IMG/VR virus record: IMGVR_UViG_3300006638_000001
Span: 1 to 45,520 of that record
Source: a virus
Direction: 5' to 3' (one strand)
DNA length: 45,520 nt
The notes beneath the pieces are model-generated. The model had not been told where the DNA came from. It saw only the letters and a program-made list of their open reading frames with translations, and made no database searches. The position numbers and the translations under genes were made by a program. Shown piece by piece: positions 15,560 through 25,043 of this stretch (positions are counted from its first letter, which is position 1; every line of letters starts with the position of its first letter).

Positions 15560-16165
15560 TTATGCCAGCACGAAATCGGGGGCGGTGATGTTGCCAGCGA
15601 ACGTGCCAGCAGCCGGGAACGTCGCGCTTGATGGTGTCAGTGTCGCGACTGTAGTGCCACCGTTCGCAAGCGTGAGCGCAGTGCCCCCGCTATTCGTCCC
15701 GAAAGTCGCTGCGACAAACTGGCCACCAGTGGACGTGACGATGCCGCTGAACGACGCGGACGTGCCAGCCAGCGCACCCGTCATCGTGTCGCCGGCTTTT
15801 GCTACGTACCGAGCATCCGCCACTGCTTCTGTCCACGCTGGATCGGCTGCTATCGTGACGGTGACTGCCCCAGAGACTGCTGTGGCTGTTACTCCGGCCC
15901 CAACAAAGTTGAGCGAAGTAGCGTCAGGTGTGAGTGACGCCCCTTCATCCATAACTTCTACGGAGAAGACCCCCACACCGGGAACACCACCGGTGCTTGC
16001 ATCCAGTACAAAGTCTTCTGACGTGGTGGTGCCGACAATCGTTGCTTCGCCGGCGACGTATAGATCGCCGGTTATGACCCCATTGTCACCAGACGACCCT
16101 CCTGACTGGCCACTTCCGATATACAACGGGGGATCGGGATGCGTTTTACGCAGTGGTCTAGCCAC
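15560..16165 (-). CDS. Tail fibre protein (201 aa)
   Basis: GTG start with GAAGGA upstream. ADARYVAKAGDTMTGAL is a motif common in phage tail fibres. First gene after promoter motif 16210. Confidence 0.65.
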   Translation of the reverse strand: MARPLRKTHPDPPLYIGSGQSGGSSGDNGVITGDLYVAGEATIVGTTTSEDFVLDASTGGVPGVGVFSVEVMDEGASLTPDATSLNFVGAGVTATAVSGAVTVTIAADPAWTEAVADARYVAKAGDTMTGALAGTSASFSGIVTSTGGQFVAATFGTNSGGTALTLANGGTTVATLTPSSATFPAAGTFAGNITAPDFVLA

Positions 16166-16209
16166 AGTGGGTATCCTTCATTTTATTTGTGATTGGTGTA
16201 TTGCTACTG

Positions 16210-16232
16210 TTCCGTAGGGAAGGGTGGTTGAT
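16210..16232 (-). promoter_or_regulatory. Phage-RNAP promoter-like motif (class A)
   Basis: Minus strand ATCAACCACCCTTCCCTACGGAA, in the 79-nt gap between terL and the fibre module. Confidence 0.6.
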
Positions 16233-16244
16233 ACGTCCGATCCA

Positions 16245-17921
16245 CTAATGCCGCTTCGGGCTGGCGTAGCTGAGGTTCCCCACACGCATTCCAACGCCGA
16301 GCACATTCTGGCCCCAATTCTTGAGTTCTTGGTCCAGTAGCGAGTCTTTGAACTTGTCGTGTGCTTTGGCTTGGTCGCGGCCCATCTTGTCTTCGAAGTA
16401 CGCGCACGCTCCGGCGAGAGCTTCTATACGGTCATCGTGAGCTAGAGCGCCTTTCATGCGTGCCATACGTGTGAACTGCTGCACGAATGAGTACTGAGAA
16501 TTGTCAGCTTGCTGCTTCAAGTCTTGCTCTATAACGCGACGATCTACAGTGAGCCGATGTGACTGGATGATTGGCTCCAGCACATCCAGGATGCGTCCTT
16601 CTTTCATCCCTCGTGCCCACTCAGCGTCCTCGACAGCCGAGCGGCCTATCTTCATGACCGCGGTACGGAGCATCTGCGTGAACATGCCACCGCCATAGTT
16701 GGGCTCCACAATGATCTTTGTGACCTTGTAGCGCGCCGCTATGCCAGCGAGTGCCTGCAACGTTTCCTCTGCAAACCCCGCTTTGTAGCCGCCGATGGCG
16801 AACAGGTGGAGCTGTGAGTACAGAATCTTGAGAACACAGTAGCTCGTCTCGTCACCACCACGGCCAGACGGATCGACAAACATGATCGCCTCAGTGTACG
16901 GCGCCATTTCATCAGACTTCCAAGCCGGACGGAAATAGTAGTCTCCGTCGAATCCACCGGGAGTCAGGTCTTTGATGCCATACTCTTTCTCTGAGCTGTG
17001 GACAACGCGGACGTGAGTCATGGTGTCGTCAAGCTGTGACACTATAAGGTCACGCAGCTTGAGCGGGTGCTTGTCTATCTCACTTGGGTTGGTGTCCAGC
17101 ATGAACTGGAGCGCATATCCACTACGGCCATATTCAGCCAGTCGCTTATCCAGCTCCTCTCTTGGGAATCGTGTCGGCTCCACTGGAGTGTGTGCCGGAA
17201 CTCCACGCTCCACCATACGCATGATGAACGGAGCCAGTGTGCCATGGTACGCTTCGGTGTGCTCCGGTACTTCTGCGGGCCACACCATGATCTTGTAGCC
17301 ACGAGCAGGGAGCCTGTTATACACTGACTGCTCTACCTGTGGTGTGCCTAGATACACGACGCGGCCCCCAGGCTTGAGCACGGCGCCAAACTCACGGATC
17401 AACTCCGCTATGCGCTCACGGAGTCCGTGGGCATACGAGTTCTTAGGCGTCTCAATGTCGTCAGGCACAATGATGTCTGCTCGTGATCCGGTGAGCTGTC
17501 CGGTGATACCAACGCTCTTGACGGATGGTGACAGGTCAGCGGTTGCCGGACCAACATCGAATGCCAGGTTGGAATCGCGCTGGTTCCCATGCGGACGCAA
17601 GTGCTGGAGCAGTGGCATGTCGAGCAGGCGCTTGCAGAACGTCGTGAAGTTTATAGCGTGGTCTTCCGACGCTGACACGACCATGATTTTCTTCTGTGGG
17701 TCAAGGAACAGGTGCCACAGTACAAACGAAACCGTGATCCACGACTTGCCTACACCGCGGAACGCTTCGATCATCAAGTGTGACGGGCCATGCTGAAGGT
17801 TGAAAGCCAGGTCATTCTGTACAGCAGTTGGGGCTGGGAGTCCCAAATAATCCCAAACTTGACGTAAGAAAACGCGAAAGTCGTCCAGCCCAGCCCGTTC
17901 TATCTCCTCTTGTGTGTACAC
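16245..17921 (-). CDS. terL: Terminase large subunit (T7 gp19-like)
   Basis: 558 aa. Walker A-like FRGVGKSW and Walker B-like DIIVPDDIE. Size and position after terS match T7 gp19. Confidence 0.9.
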   Translation of the reverse strand: MYTQEEIERAGLDDFRVFLRQVWDYLGLPAPTAVQNDLAFNLQHGPSHLMIEAFRGVGKSWITVSFVLWHLFLDPQKKIMVVSASEDHAINFTTFCKRLLDMPLLQHLRPHGNQRDSNLAFDVGPATADLSPSVKSVGITGQLTGSRADIIVPDDIETPKNSYAHGLRERIAELIREFGAVLKPGGRVVYLGTPQVEQSVYNRLPARGYKIMVWPAEVPEHTEAYHGTLAPFIMRMVERGVPAHTPVEPTRFPREELDKRLAEYGRSGYALQFMLDTNPSEIDKHPLKLRDLIVSQLDDTMTHVRVVHSSEKEYGIKDLTPGGFDGDYYFRPAWKSDEMAPYTEAIMFVDPSGRGGDETSYCVLKILYSQLHLFAIGGYKAGFAEETLQALAGIAARYKVTKIIVEPNYGGGMFTQMLRTAVMKIGRSAVEDAEWARGMKEGRILDVLEPIIQSHRLTVDRRVIEQDLKQQADNSQYSFVQQFTRMARMKGALAHDDRIEALAGACAYFEDKMGRDQAKAHDKFKDSLLDQELKNWGQNVLGVGMRVGNLSYASPKRH

Positions 17922-18181
17922 TAGCCCACCAGTCGCGGTCGGGCATCTCCATCCTGCTCATCTGCATCAAACGAAATCTGTGATGTGAGCTTGTCAAGCA
18001 GCTCTTGCGGTAGCTGTGCAGGGTCCAGCGTCCAGCCATTCGCCATCAACACGCGTGCGATTGTGGCGCTGTCTGTGGACGTAAGCTCACCGTTCTTGGC
18101 GAGCCGTATCCAGTTGTTGAGCAACAGGTCCGCGAGCTGCTCTGCCTTCTCTATCTGCTCTTTCTTCTTGTTGTTATCCAT
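17921..18181 (-). CDS. terS: Terminase small subunit (T7 gp18-like)
   Basis: 86 aa with an acidic C-terminus, immediately upstream of and overlapping terL. Size is close to T7 gp18 (89 aa). Confidence 0.6.
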   Translation of the reverse strand: MDNNKKKEQIEKAEQLADLLLNNWIRLAKNGELTSTDSATIARVLMANGWTLDPAQLPQELLDKLTSQISFDADEQDGDARPRLVG

Positions 18182-18193
18182 AAGGTTCTTGTG

Positions 18194-18430
18194 TTAGTGC
18201 CCGAACAGCTTGCTAAACCAGTAGCTCGCTGCACTCATTATGACCACAATCACTGTGCCGATACCGAACACCCGGCTGATCTTGGATTCGACATCGCTGA
18301 GTCGCGTTTCCATCAGTGCGAAACGGTTAGCGCTATCGAGGTGTGCTGTGGCTATCTGTGCGGTAAGTGCGTCTAGCTTTCCTTCGACGCGCCCTAACCC
18401 ACGGATAAGTGTGGCTGTGTTTTCATCCAT
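18194..18430 (-). CDS. Small coiled-coil protein with a C-terminal TM helix (78 aa); holin/lysis-type candidate
   Basis: Start chosen at MDENTATLIRGL... The C-terminus is GIGTVIVVIMSAASYWFSKLF. It occupies the T7 gene 17.5 position upstream of terS. Confidence 0.45.
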   Translation of the reverse strand: MDENTATLIRGLGRVEGKLDALTAQIATAHLDSANRFALMETRLSDVESKISRVFGIGTVIVVIMSAASYWFSKLFGH

Positions 18431-18443
18431 TATTGATATGAGA

Positions 18444-18475
18444 AAGCGGCCCCACCGGTAAAGGCAAGGCCGCTT
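18444..18475 (-). terminator. Stem-loop (terminator or RNA-processing site) sharing a 15-nt block with the hairpin at 36909
   Basis: Minus strand AAGCGGCCUUGCC-loop-GGUGGGGCCGCUU followed by UCUCAUAUC. GGGCCGCTTTCTCAT is identical at 36901..36915. Confidence 0.45.
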
Positions 18476-18497
18476 GAGTGTGTGAGATGGTGATATG

Positions 18498-21400
18498 CTA
18501 CTGAATGAACGCGGGACTGGCTGTGCTATTGGTACGAGCTGACAGTGGTGCTGCCAATGCTCTGGTGCTCTGGCCTTTTGCCATTTGGATTGCATTCAGC
18601 AACCCGGGATATTCCGTCTCGACTTTGGCGAGAGCTGCACCTTGGTACGCTTTAATTACATGAGAAGCAGCATCGTATCGCTCTCCTCCAGGGTATTGAT
18701 CCGTACCTGCACCCATCTTGGCCCAGCCATCGGACTGCATAAGCTCAGTGAGTTTGGCACGCAATGATGGCATACCGTTGCCCATGTTGCCTTGCAGCTC
18801 CAGCATACGATCATACGGAGACTGTGTATCTTTCGCATTCCGTTTCCACGTTCCACGGTCTGTGAGGTCGATACCGCCAACCTTTGACGAGGGCATCGCC
18901 ATGCCTCTGCCGAGCTGGACGAGCTGCTCTTGTACATCGTTGATGTCAGCACCCGGACGCAGCGTGAACGGATTCATCTGCTGTAGCAAGTTTCCCGGAG
19001 GCTTGATTACTTTCTCCCCCAAGATGTTGCGCTGTGGCTCCAGTGTGGAGGACATGTGTGGCACGCTTGATTTGAGCTGGTCCACAAGTCCTCTAACTTC
19101 GGTGTACACATCGGGTGTGTCAACCTGCCGGCCCAATGCGGGGACGAATGAAGTGAGCACTCCACCAAACAGTGCTTTCGCCTTGTTTGGATCACCGCTG
19201 TCAAACGCATCTGAGAACTGCGAGATACCTTGCATGAATGACTGGTTGGTCACATCCTTGGATGCAGCTACCACGAACTTAGCGGCAATGTCAGAGGACA
19301 CTTCTTCGTGTACCTCTCCAGACATTTCCGTCATGTCAGACACCAGGGACATCACCTTGGAGAGCTGGTCAATGCCCCGGTATGACATCCACTCATTAGT
19401 ACCGGGGATGCGTACCGAGTACGCCTGATGTCCGGCGTCAAGCCACTGCTGACGTAGCTCTTTGTCAGTAGGACCATCACCCGTCATGTTCCCAGCAGCG
19501 GCCCATCCGGCTATGGTGCCCCACAGCATTGTGCCACTGGCTTGCTTCCCAATGGCAGCAGAGCGGCGAATGCCGCCGGCTTCCAAGTCAGATTGCATCT
19601 GGCGTGATGCCAGGCCGAGCAACGGTGTGCGCTGCCAGGAGTATCTCACCAGGTTGATGGGTGTGCGAACGAATGGTGCTATGAATCGCAATAGCGGGTA
19701 TTTCTGTATCCCGCCTTGAATGGTCTTAGCGAATCCGGTTAGCGGTGCAGAGAATGTTGCATCACGAGCTTGCGCCAGTGCCACAGGATTCAATGCAGCT
19801 CCCGTAGTGGGATTCGTGGACGTGCGCAGGTCATCAGCCAGTCTTCCGGCGATGAACTGGTTCTGCTCTTCCACTGACATTTCCGGCATCTGAGCCAAGT
19901 CTTCACGTGCTGCTCGCATGGACAAGCCACGTATGGCACTCAAGTAGTCCACGTTCTTGAAGAACTCGTGGTTGGCTTGTGTCAGGCTCGTAGGCACATT
20001 CATGGCGCGCATGGCAAGGTTCGAAATGCTGCTCTCTGCTGCCTGCCCTTCATCCGTCTCAATGCTCATTCCCGGATCAAGTACACCACCGCCTTTCATA
20101 AGAGATCGACCAGAAGCCCGCCATGCAGCACGGAAGTTCTGAGTCAGACCGAACAGCGCATCTTTCCCGAACTGTGCATCTTGAGCACCACCGGCTGCCA
20201 TCTCCGCGTTGCCCCTGAGCAGGCCCATGCCCCGGGTGATGTTGCCACCGAGCCAATACTCGCCACTGCTCCATACGGAGGAGAGAGCCTGACTGGCCGC
20301 TAGCTTGAACTGAGTCTTGGTTCCGGAGAGCATCATGTTGGCTCGGAACGCATTCACTTTCTCAGTCATCGAAGTGTTGCCGGATGTCTCCGCCACTTTC
20401 TTTGCGACACTACCATACATAGCATCTTGTATGAGAGAAGCATCGCCGCCGCTGAGGCGCACCTGTCTGGCCAAGTCTTGCCAGTCTTTCGGTTCGAAGT
20501 TGTCTGTGAAGTTAGGGGGCTTGGCCCCCACGGTCACATCGGCAGCGTCCGCCCCATCGTTCAAATCAGGGATGACATTCTTGAGTCGCTGGAGAGAGCG
20601 CCCAAAGCCACTGTCAATAGCAGACGTTTCCGCTCCGAGCTGTAGAAGCTGCTCGGTAGCTGCTTTGAGGTTGGCCCCTGCCACTGCATTCGTCGGGTTA
20701 GTGTCGAGTGCTCGAGAGAGTGTAGCTACTTTGCCGGCCAGTTGATTCAGCACGATCTTGCGTGCGAACTGCTGGGAGTCTATGACACCCTGTGCGTCGG
20801 CTGTATTGCGTGCATCTGCAAGCCAGCTGTCAGCGTTGGTCGTCCGAACCAGAGCCGTTGCTTTAGCTACAAAGGCATCGGTTGACGTTCCAGCACCTTC
20901 GCTGACGCGGCCTTTCAATCCCGTAAACGCTTCTTGGAAGTGATCGGCAATGGTCTGCACTACTGCCTGTGTCTCAGGGGTTCCCCCAAGATAGTTGTAG
21001 TTGAACGCATCGCTCGGGAGCTTTAGCCCCTGCATCCCGGAACCAGCCTGCGCTCCGTTGATGGCCTTAGTCAGTGCAGCAATGTGTGTGTCGTCAATAT
21101 GTCCTGTTGGAATGCTGCTGGTGTTGTACGCCTCATTCAGAGACGCAGCATGAGACTCAGCATCCGCGGCAGAGGATGATACAGGCAGCTCTGGAGGGGC
21201 TGGAGGAGCCGAGTCGGGAGCACTTGTTGGCGCCCCTGTACTGGCCGGAGCCTCTGGGCCTTGTACGGCGAACGTGCCGTCATCCTGTGCCTTCACCGTG
21301 TACGGGCTGGGAGCTGACGGAGGAACGTCGTCTGCTGTCACTGTTCCGGCAGCTACGTCCGTGCCCCCACCCTTAATCGCCCTAGCCACCGACTTCAACC

Positions 21401-22220
21401 CACCAATAAATGCGTCAATCGTTGCGCCAGTGACGATGCCCTCAACACCATTCTTTATTCGTGCCAACGCATCACTGTCCGTCCCATTGGATTTGAGGAA
21501 CCGTGTGATGGGATTGCTCAGCCATGCGGGGCCGTTCTCAATCATGTCTGAGAGGCGTGCCGCACGGGGATCGGTGGACACAGCCTGAGCCAGCCCAACC
21601 AATCCCACCTTAACGAGTGCTTTAACGGCGCCAGGCTGAATGCCTGCAACGTCGGCCACTGCACCACCTGCTTCATACGAAGTGGTGAAAGCTGACATAT
21701 GCTCCGCAAAGTCGTAGATGCCACCTTGCCTCTTTCCGAACAGCGCATCGGTTGTATAGAGCGGTGCCGGTGCGCCATTGGCCCCGTCATCCGAATGATA
21801 CCACTTGTCGAATCCGGCTCCGGTAGTGGGGTTTCCTGTGATCGCCCTAGCTGCTGACAGTCCGGCTTTCTCCATGGGTGTGGCTGCGTCCATGATTGTG
21901 TTACTGAGTCCGTCCGCAGCATCCGCCCCACCACGAGCGACGGCTTCACCCATCTTGGTTGTGCCACTCTTTACTGTGTTCCACAGGTCCGACATCTTCT
22001 GACCCCAGCCGGCGCTGCGCTGGGGCACTGGTGGGGTAGGCTTAGTAGGAGTGGTGGGGTGATCATTCTTCCAACCCATGCCACGTACTGATGCCTGCTC
22101 CGCTGGAGAGATTACTATTCCTTGCGATGCAGGGGTGCCCGGACCAGAAGCTACTGTGGCCGGCTGTGTAGGATCGTCTTCCCCCGATGCAGCCGGGGTG
22201 TCAAGTATATCTTCGGCCAT
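18498..22220 (-). CDS. Internal virion (core/ejection) protein, gp16-like by size and position
   Basis: 1240 aa and last of the internal-protein block. I did not recognise a transglycosylase motif. Confidence 0.6.
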   Translation of the reverse strand: MAEDILDTPAASGEDDPTQPATVASGPGTPASQGIVISPAEQASVRGMGWKNDHPTTPTKPTPPVPQRSAGWGQKMSDLWNTVKSGTTKMGEAVARGGADAADGLSNTIMDAATPMEKAGLSAARAITGNPTTGAGFDKWYHSDDGANGAPAPLYTTDALFGKRQGGIYDFAEHMSAFTTSYEAGGAVADVAGIQPGAVKALVKVGLVGLAQAVSTDPRAARLSDMIENGPAWLSNPITRFLKSNGTDSDALARIKNGVEGIVTGATIDAFIGGLKSVARAIKGGGTDVAAGTVTADDVPPSAPSPYTVKAQDDGTFAVQGPEAPASTGAPTSAPDSAPPAPPELPVSSSAADAESHAASLNEAYNTSSIPTGHIDDTHIAALTKAINGAQAGSGMQGLKLPSDAFNYNYLGGTPETQAVVQTIADHFQEAFTGLKGRVSEGAGTSTDAFVAKATALVRTTNADSWLADARNTADAQGVIDSQQFARKIVLNQLAGKVATLSRALDTNPTNAVAGANLKAATEQLLQLGAETSAIDSGFGRSLQRLKNVIPDLNDGADAADVTVGAKPPNFTDNFEPKDWQDLARQVRLSGGDASLIQDAMYGSVAKKVAETSGNTSMTEKVNAFRANMMLSGTKTQFKLAASQALSSVWSSGEYWLGGNITRGMGLLRGNAEMAAGGAQDAQFGKDALFGLTQNFRAAWRASGRSLMKGGGVLDPGMSIETDEGQAAESSISNLAMRAMNVPTSLTQANHEFFKNVDYLSAIRGLSMRAAREDLAQMPEMSVEEQNQFIAGRLADDLRTSTNPTTGAALNPVALAQARDATFSAPLTGFAKTIQGGIQKYPLLRFIAPFVRTPINLVRYSWQRTPLLGLASRQMQSDLEAGGIRRSAAIGKQASGTMLWGTIAGWAAAGNMTGDGPTDKELRQQWLDAGHQAYSVRIPGTNEWMSYRGIDQLSKVMSLVSDMTEMSGEVHEEVSSDIAAKFVVAASKDVTNQSFMQGISQFSDAFDSGDPNKAKALFGGVLTSFVPALGRQVDTPDVYTEVRGLVDQLKSSVPHMSSTLEPQRNILGEKVIKPPGNLLQQMNPFTLRPGADINDVQEQLVQLGRGMAMPSSKVGGIDLTDRGTWKRNAKDTQSPYDRMLELQGNMGNGMPSLRAKLTELMQSDGWAKMGAGTDQYPGGERYDAASHVIKAYQGAALAKVETEYPGLLNAIQMAKGQSTRALAAPLSARTNSTASPAFIQ

Positions 22221-22229
22221 CTGATGTTA

Positions 22230-23981
22230 TTATGGAGTTGGTTGTGGTGTGAGCCCCATCTTCCGCATGAACGCGCTGCGTTCCTCGGGAGTGAGCAGCC
22301 CACGCTTTTTGATTTCGGCCACTGTTGCTGGGGAGAACGATCCCCCTGCACCAATCTCCGTCTGCATGGTGCGTGCGAAAGACGTATCAGCATGAGCTTT
22401 CTGAGCCTCTAGGCCAGACTTGATGGTAAGATTTGGTGTCCCAGACTTACCGAGTGTGGTGAGGTTCGCATTGTCCGTGGCAGTTTGTACGATCCCAGCC
22501 GCGGCAGCCCGACGCCGTGTAGCATCCATTGCCAGATAGGCCGGACTGGTAATCAATTCTTGGAGCTGGCTATCCAGAGACTCAGCCGCTTTCCCGAATC
22601 CGGGATTGAGTATGCCCACGCCACCAACAGAGCTCATGAAGTTGCTGCGGAGGACTTTCATTGACAATGAGTAAATCGGGTCTTTGGTGTAGCTGTTGGA
22701 CTTCGACTTATCCTGCGCTGCTTTCTGCTGCTCAGTGAGCATGTTAGATGCAGTGTGCGCGTGATCCGGCGTTAGATCACCATTGGCGATCATGGCACTC
22801 AGGTGTGCGCGTGTGAGGGTTGGATTTGGACCAGTGAGGTCTTCCATCACGCTCGTCCACCCTGCGCTGTCATCCTTCTCTGTGTGCTGCTGGAGTGCCG
22901 CCTTGTGTGCTTGCAAGCTCTCTATAGCTGTGAAATCTTTGGTAGCCGTGAGAGCTGCCACCATCGGACGAATATCTGCGTTCGGGTTGGCATCCAGTGC
23001 ATTGATGCCTAGCGTCATCTGCGTTGACCGGACATCATCACTGGCGCGTACCTTGGCTTCATGTGCAGCGTTGTCCGCTTCCATCTGCGACCGTACGATG
23101 TACGCATGTGTCTGTGCGAATGCGTCAGTATCTTGAAGTGTTCCAGTCCCAGCCTTTATTCCTTTGGCCAGATTGAGGTACGACGTATCTGACGCTGCTT
23201 CTGCCGAGTCTCTGAGGGCTTGGCTTGTGGCACTATTCACTTGCGTCCCGCTCATGCCCGCGGCAATGGCTTGGTCATTCTCAGCGTTGATCGTCGCCTG
23301 TATCTGGGCATCCGACGCACCTTGCGCCTTCATCGTGCGTATCGTCTGCGAATGCGTCTGTTGAAGCGTGGCCTGGGTCTGGACTTCAAGGTTCTTACCC
23401 ACAGCCTCAGATGCCCGTGAGCGAAGTTCTGCCATCGCAGCATTGGCGTGCGGGTTGAATCCTTCTGTCCACGCCGTGTCGCCTGTTGCGTTATGTGCTT
23501 TGATCCAGTTGGATTGGTACTGCTGCATGTACTTGTCAACGGCAGCCATGCTTGTAGCACCTGCCATTGCTTGAGTACCATCAGCTTCCATGTCACTCGC
23601 CATCTTGCCGGCCATGAGCTGCCCCATTTGCTTCTGGGCGTACATGCGGTAGAATGGTGACGCACTGGCTGGGATAGCTCCTGACTTCACCGCATCTGCG
23701 TAAGTCTGGGCACCGTTGCGTACTGCTTTGCTAACGTCGGCCTGAGCTTGCGTTTGATCTTGCTGCTTCCCTTTCTGATCCAAGAAGTCACTCAACTGAC
23801 CAACTTCTGGTGATACGGATGACAGCGAGCGGGCCAACTGCGAGAGCTGGTTGCCGCCATTGGTGTCAACGAAAGTGTCCACCGGAGATGCTACAGGCCG
23901 AACACCTTCTGGTTCTATGGTGTCCTGTCGAAGCGCACGCTGGAACTGAGTTTGCGTTTGTAGGCGATCTGCGTCAGCCAT
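22230..23981 (-). CDS. Internal virion protein, gp15-like by position
   Basis: 583 aa, Ala/Gln-rich helical composition, lying between the gp14-like and gp16-like genes. Confidence 0.55.
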   Translation of the reverse strand: MADADRLQTQTQFQRALRQDTIEPEGVRPVASPVDTFVDTNGGNQLSQLARSLSSVSPEVGQLSDFLDQKGKQQDQTQAQADVSKAVRNGAQTYADAVKSGAIPASASPFYRMYAQKQMGQLMAGKMASDMEADGTQAMAGATSMAAVDKYMQQYQSNWIKAHNATGDTAWTEGFNPHANAAMAELRSRASEAVGKNLEVQTQATLQQTHSQTIRTMKAQGASDAQIQATINAENDQAIAAGMSGTQVNSATSQALRDSAEAASDTSYLNLAKGIKAGTGTLQDTDAFAQTHAYIVRSQMEADNAAHEAKVRASDDVRSTQMTLGINALDANPNADIRPMVAALTATKDFTAIESLQAHKAALQQHTEKDDSAGWTSVMEDLTGPNPTLTRAHLSAMIANGDLTPDHAHTASNMLTEQQKAAQDKSKSNSYTKDPIYSLSMKVLRSNFMSSVGGVGILNPGFGKAAESLDSQLQELITSPAYLAMDATRRRAAAAGIVQTATDNANLTTLGKSGTPNLTIKSGLEAQKAHADTSFARTMQTEIGAGGSFSPATVAEIKKRGLLTPEERSAFMRKMGLTPQPTP

Positions 23982-24508
23982 TATGGTGTCCCGGTGTCAC
24001 CACCAGACCTCTGTGATGCCATCTGCGTTCCTGTCCTGAGAGCTGCACCGGCGATGCCGATTGCAGTGGCCCACGGATTGGCTGGCTGGACGGAATTTAT
24101 GTGGGATTGAGTGCGAGCTTCGATACCGAGCTTCTCTTGTCCGAGCTGGTTGATTTGATTGCTCAAGTTCTCAGCGACCGAGTCATGATAGGTTCCTTGC
24201 TGAAACTTCAACTCATTGCTGAGTGCTGTAATGCTATTGCCGTTCACACCGTTGTTTGCCGCGGCGTTGTTGTTAATGCCTGCGTCTAACTGGAGTCGCT
24301 TGTCAACGGACTGGTCTGCACCAATCGCTGCGTCGTTTTCCTGCGTACCCCGGAGCGCAAGAGAGTTGAATCCTTGCGTCTGATCCGAGTTGGCTGACAT
24401 CGTGTTTGTTGCTGCTGCTGTATTTTGAGCGTGAGCGGCCATAAGCTTACCACCCGCGTCTAGCGCGAAGCTGCCTAGTGCTACTGCTGCTGCGACTGGC
24501 ACGCACAT
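23981..24508 (-). CDS. Internal virion protein, gp14-like by position
   Basis: 175 aa with a hydrophobic N-terminus (MCVPVAAAVALGSFAL) and an Asn/Gln/Ala-rich body. Confidence 0.5.
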   Translation of the reverse strand: MCVPVAAAVALGSFALDAGGKLMAAHAQNTAAATNTMSANSDQTQGFNSLALRGTQENDAAIGADQSVDKRLQLDAGINNNAAANNGVNGNSITALSNELKFQQGTYHDSVAENLSNQINQLGQEKLGIEARTQSHINSVQPANPWATAIGIAGAALRTGTQMASQRSGGDTGTP

Positions 24509-24991
24509 CTATGTAGTGCTCCTGTTGAGTCGAACAAAGTGAATGAAAGTATGGCCGTTTAAGCTGACCTCTCTCTCACGAGAGAAGCCGCAGCGGTCGA
24601 GCCACCGCAGATGTAGATGATTGCGTGCGTCAGCGACACAGTGTAGGCCGGCATAGCCAGCCCCTAAGTCGTCAAGGATCGTTGGCGCCGCTTTGATGAA
24701 TGCGACAGATACCTTACTGATCCGGGGAGTTGCAAGCATCCATACGGAACCCAACTGTGGGTAGTGTGGATCATCCGCAACCCCGAAGATTGCCAGTGCA
24801 TGTCGGTCTGTGCGACCGAGCGTGTCGGTATATCGCATTGCTGTACACTTCTTTGATGAGCGAAACGCAACAGGAACAGCCCAGCGTGGAGCTGCTCCTG
24901 TCACAGTCCTGACTTCCTGCTCATCTTCTGGTCGCAATCGCGCACCCACCCACACTGCATCACGAAGCACAGCGGTACGGAATTGGATCAT
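24509..24991 (-). CDS. gp13-like internal virion/assembly protein
   Basis: 160 aa, directly after tail tube B as in T7-group genomes. No catalytic motif asserted. Confidence 0.45.
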   Translation of the reverse strand: MIQFRTAVLRDAVWVGARLRPEDEQEVRTVTGAAPRWAVPVAFRSSKKCTAMRYTDTLGRTDRHALAIFGVADDPHYPQLGSVWMLATPRISKVSVAFIKAAPTILDDLGAGYAGLHCVADARNHLHLRWLDRCGFSREREVSLNGHTFIHFVRLNRSTT

Positions 24992-25043
24992 GGGTTACTC
25001 GTGTCAAGTTTGTACCATTAGTACCTCGTGTAAAGAACTAATG

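Noticed and set aside
15585-16217. Long plus-strand ORFs in the track (for example 15585..16217 210 aa, 18718..19428 236 aa, 25999..26772 257 aa, 29111..29800 229 aa, 31795..32313 172 aa)
   Set aside because: Each lies entirely antisense to a minus-strand gene with clear homology or module context. They have low-complexity Ser/Pro/Ala/Arg-rich translations, no RBS and no partners on the plus strand. These are typical shadow ORFs of GC-rich coding sequence.
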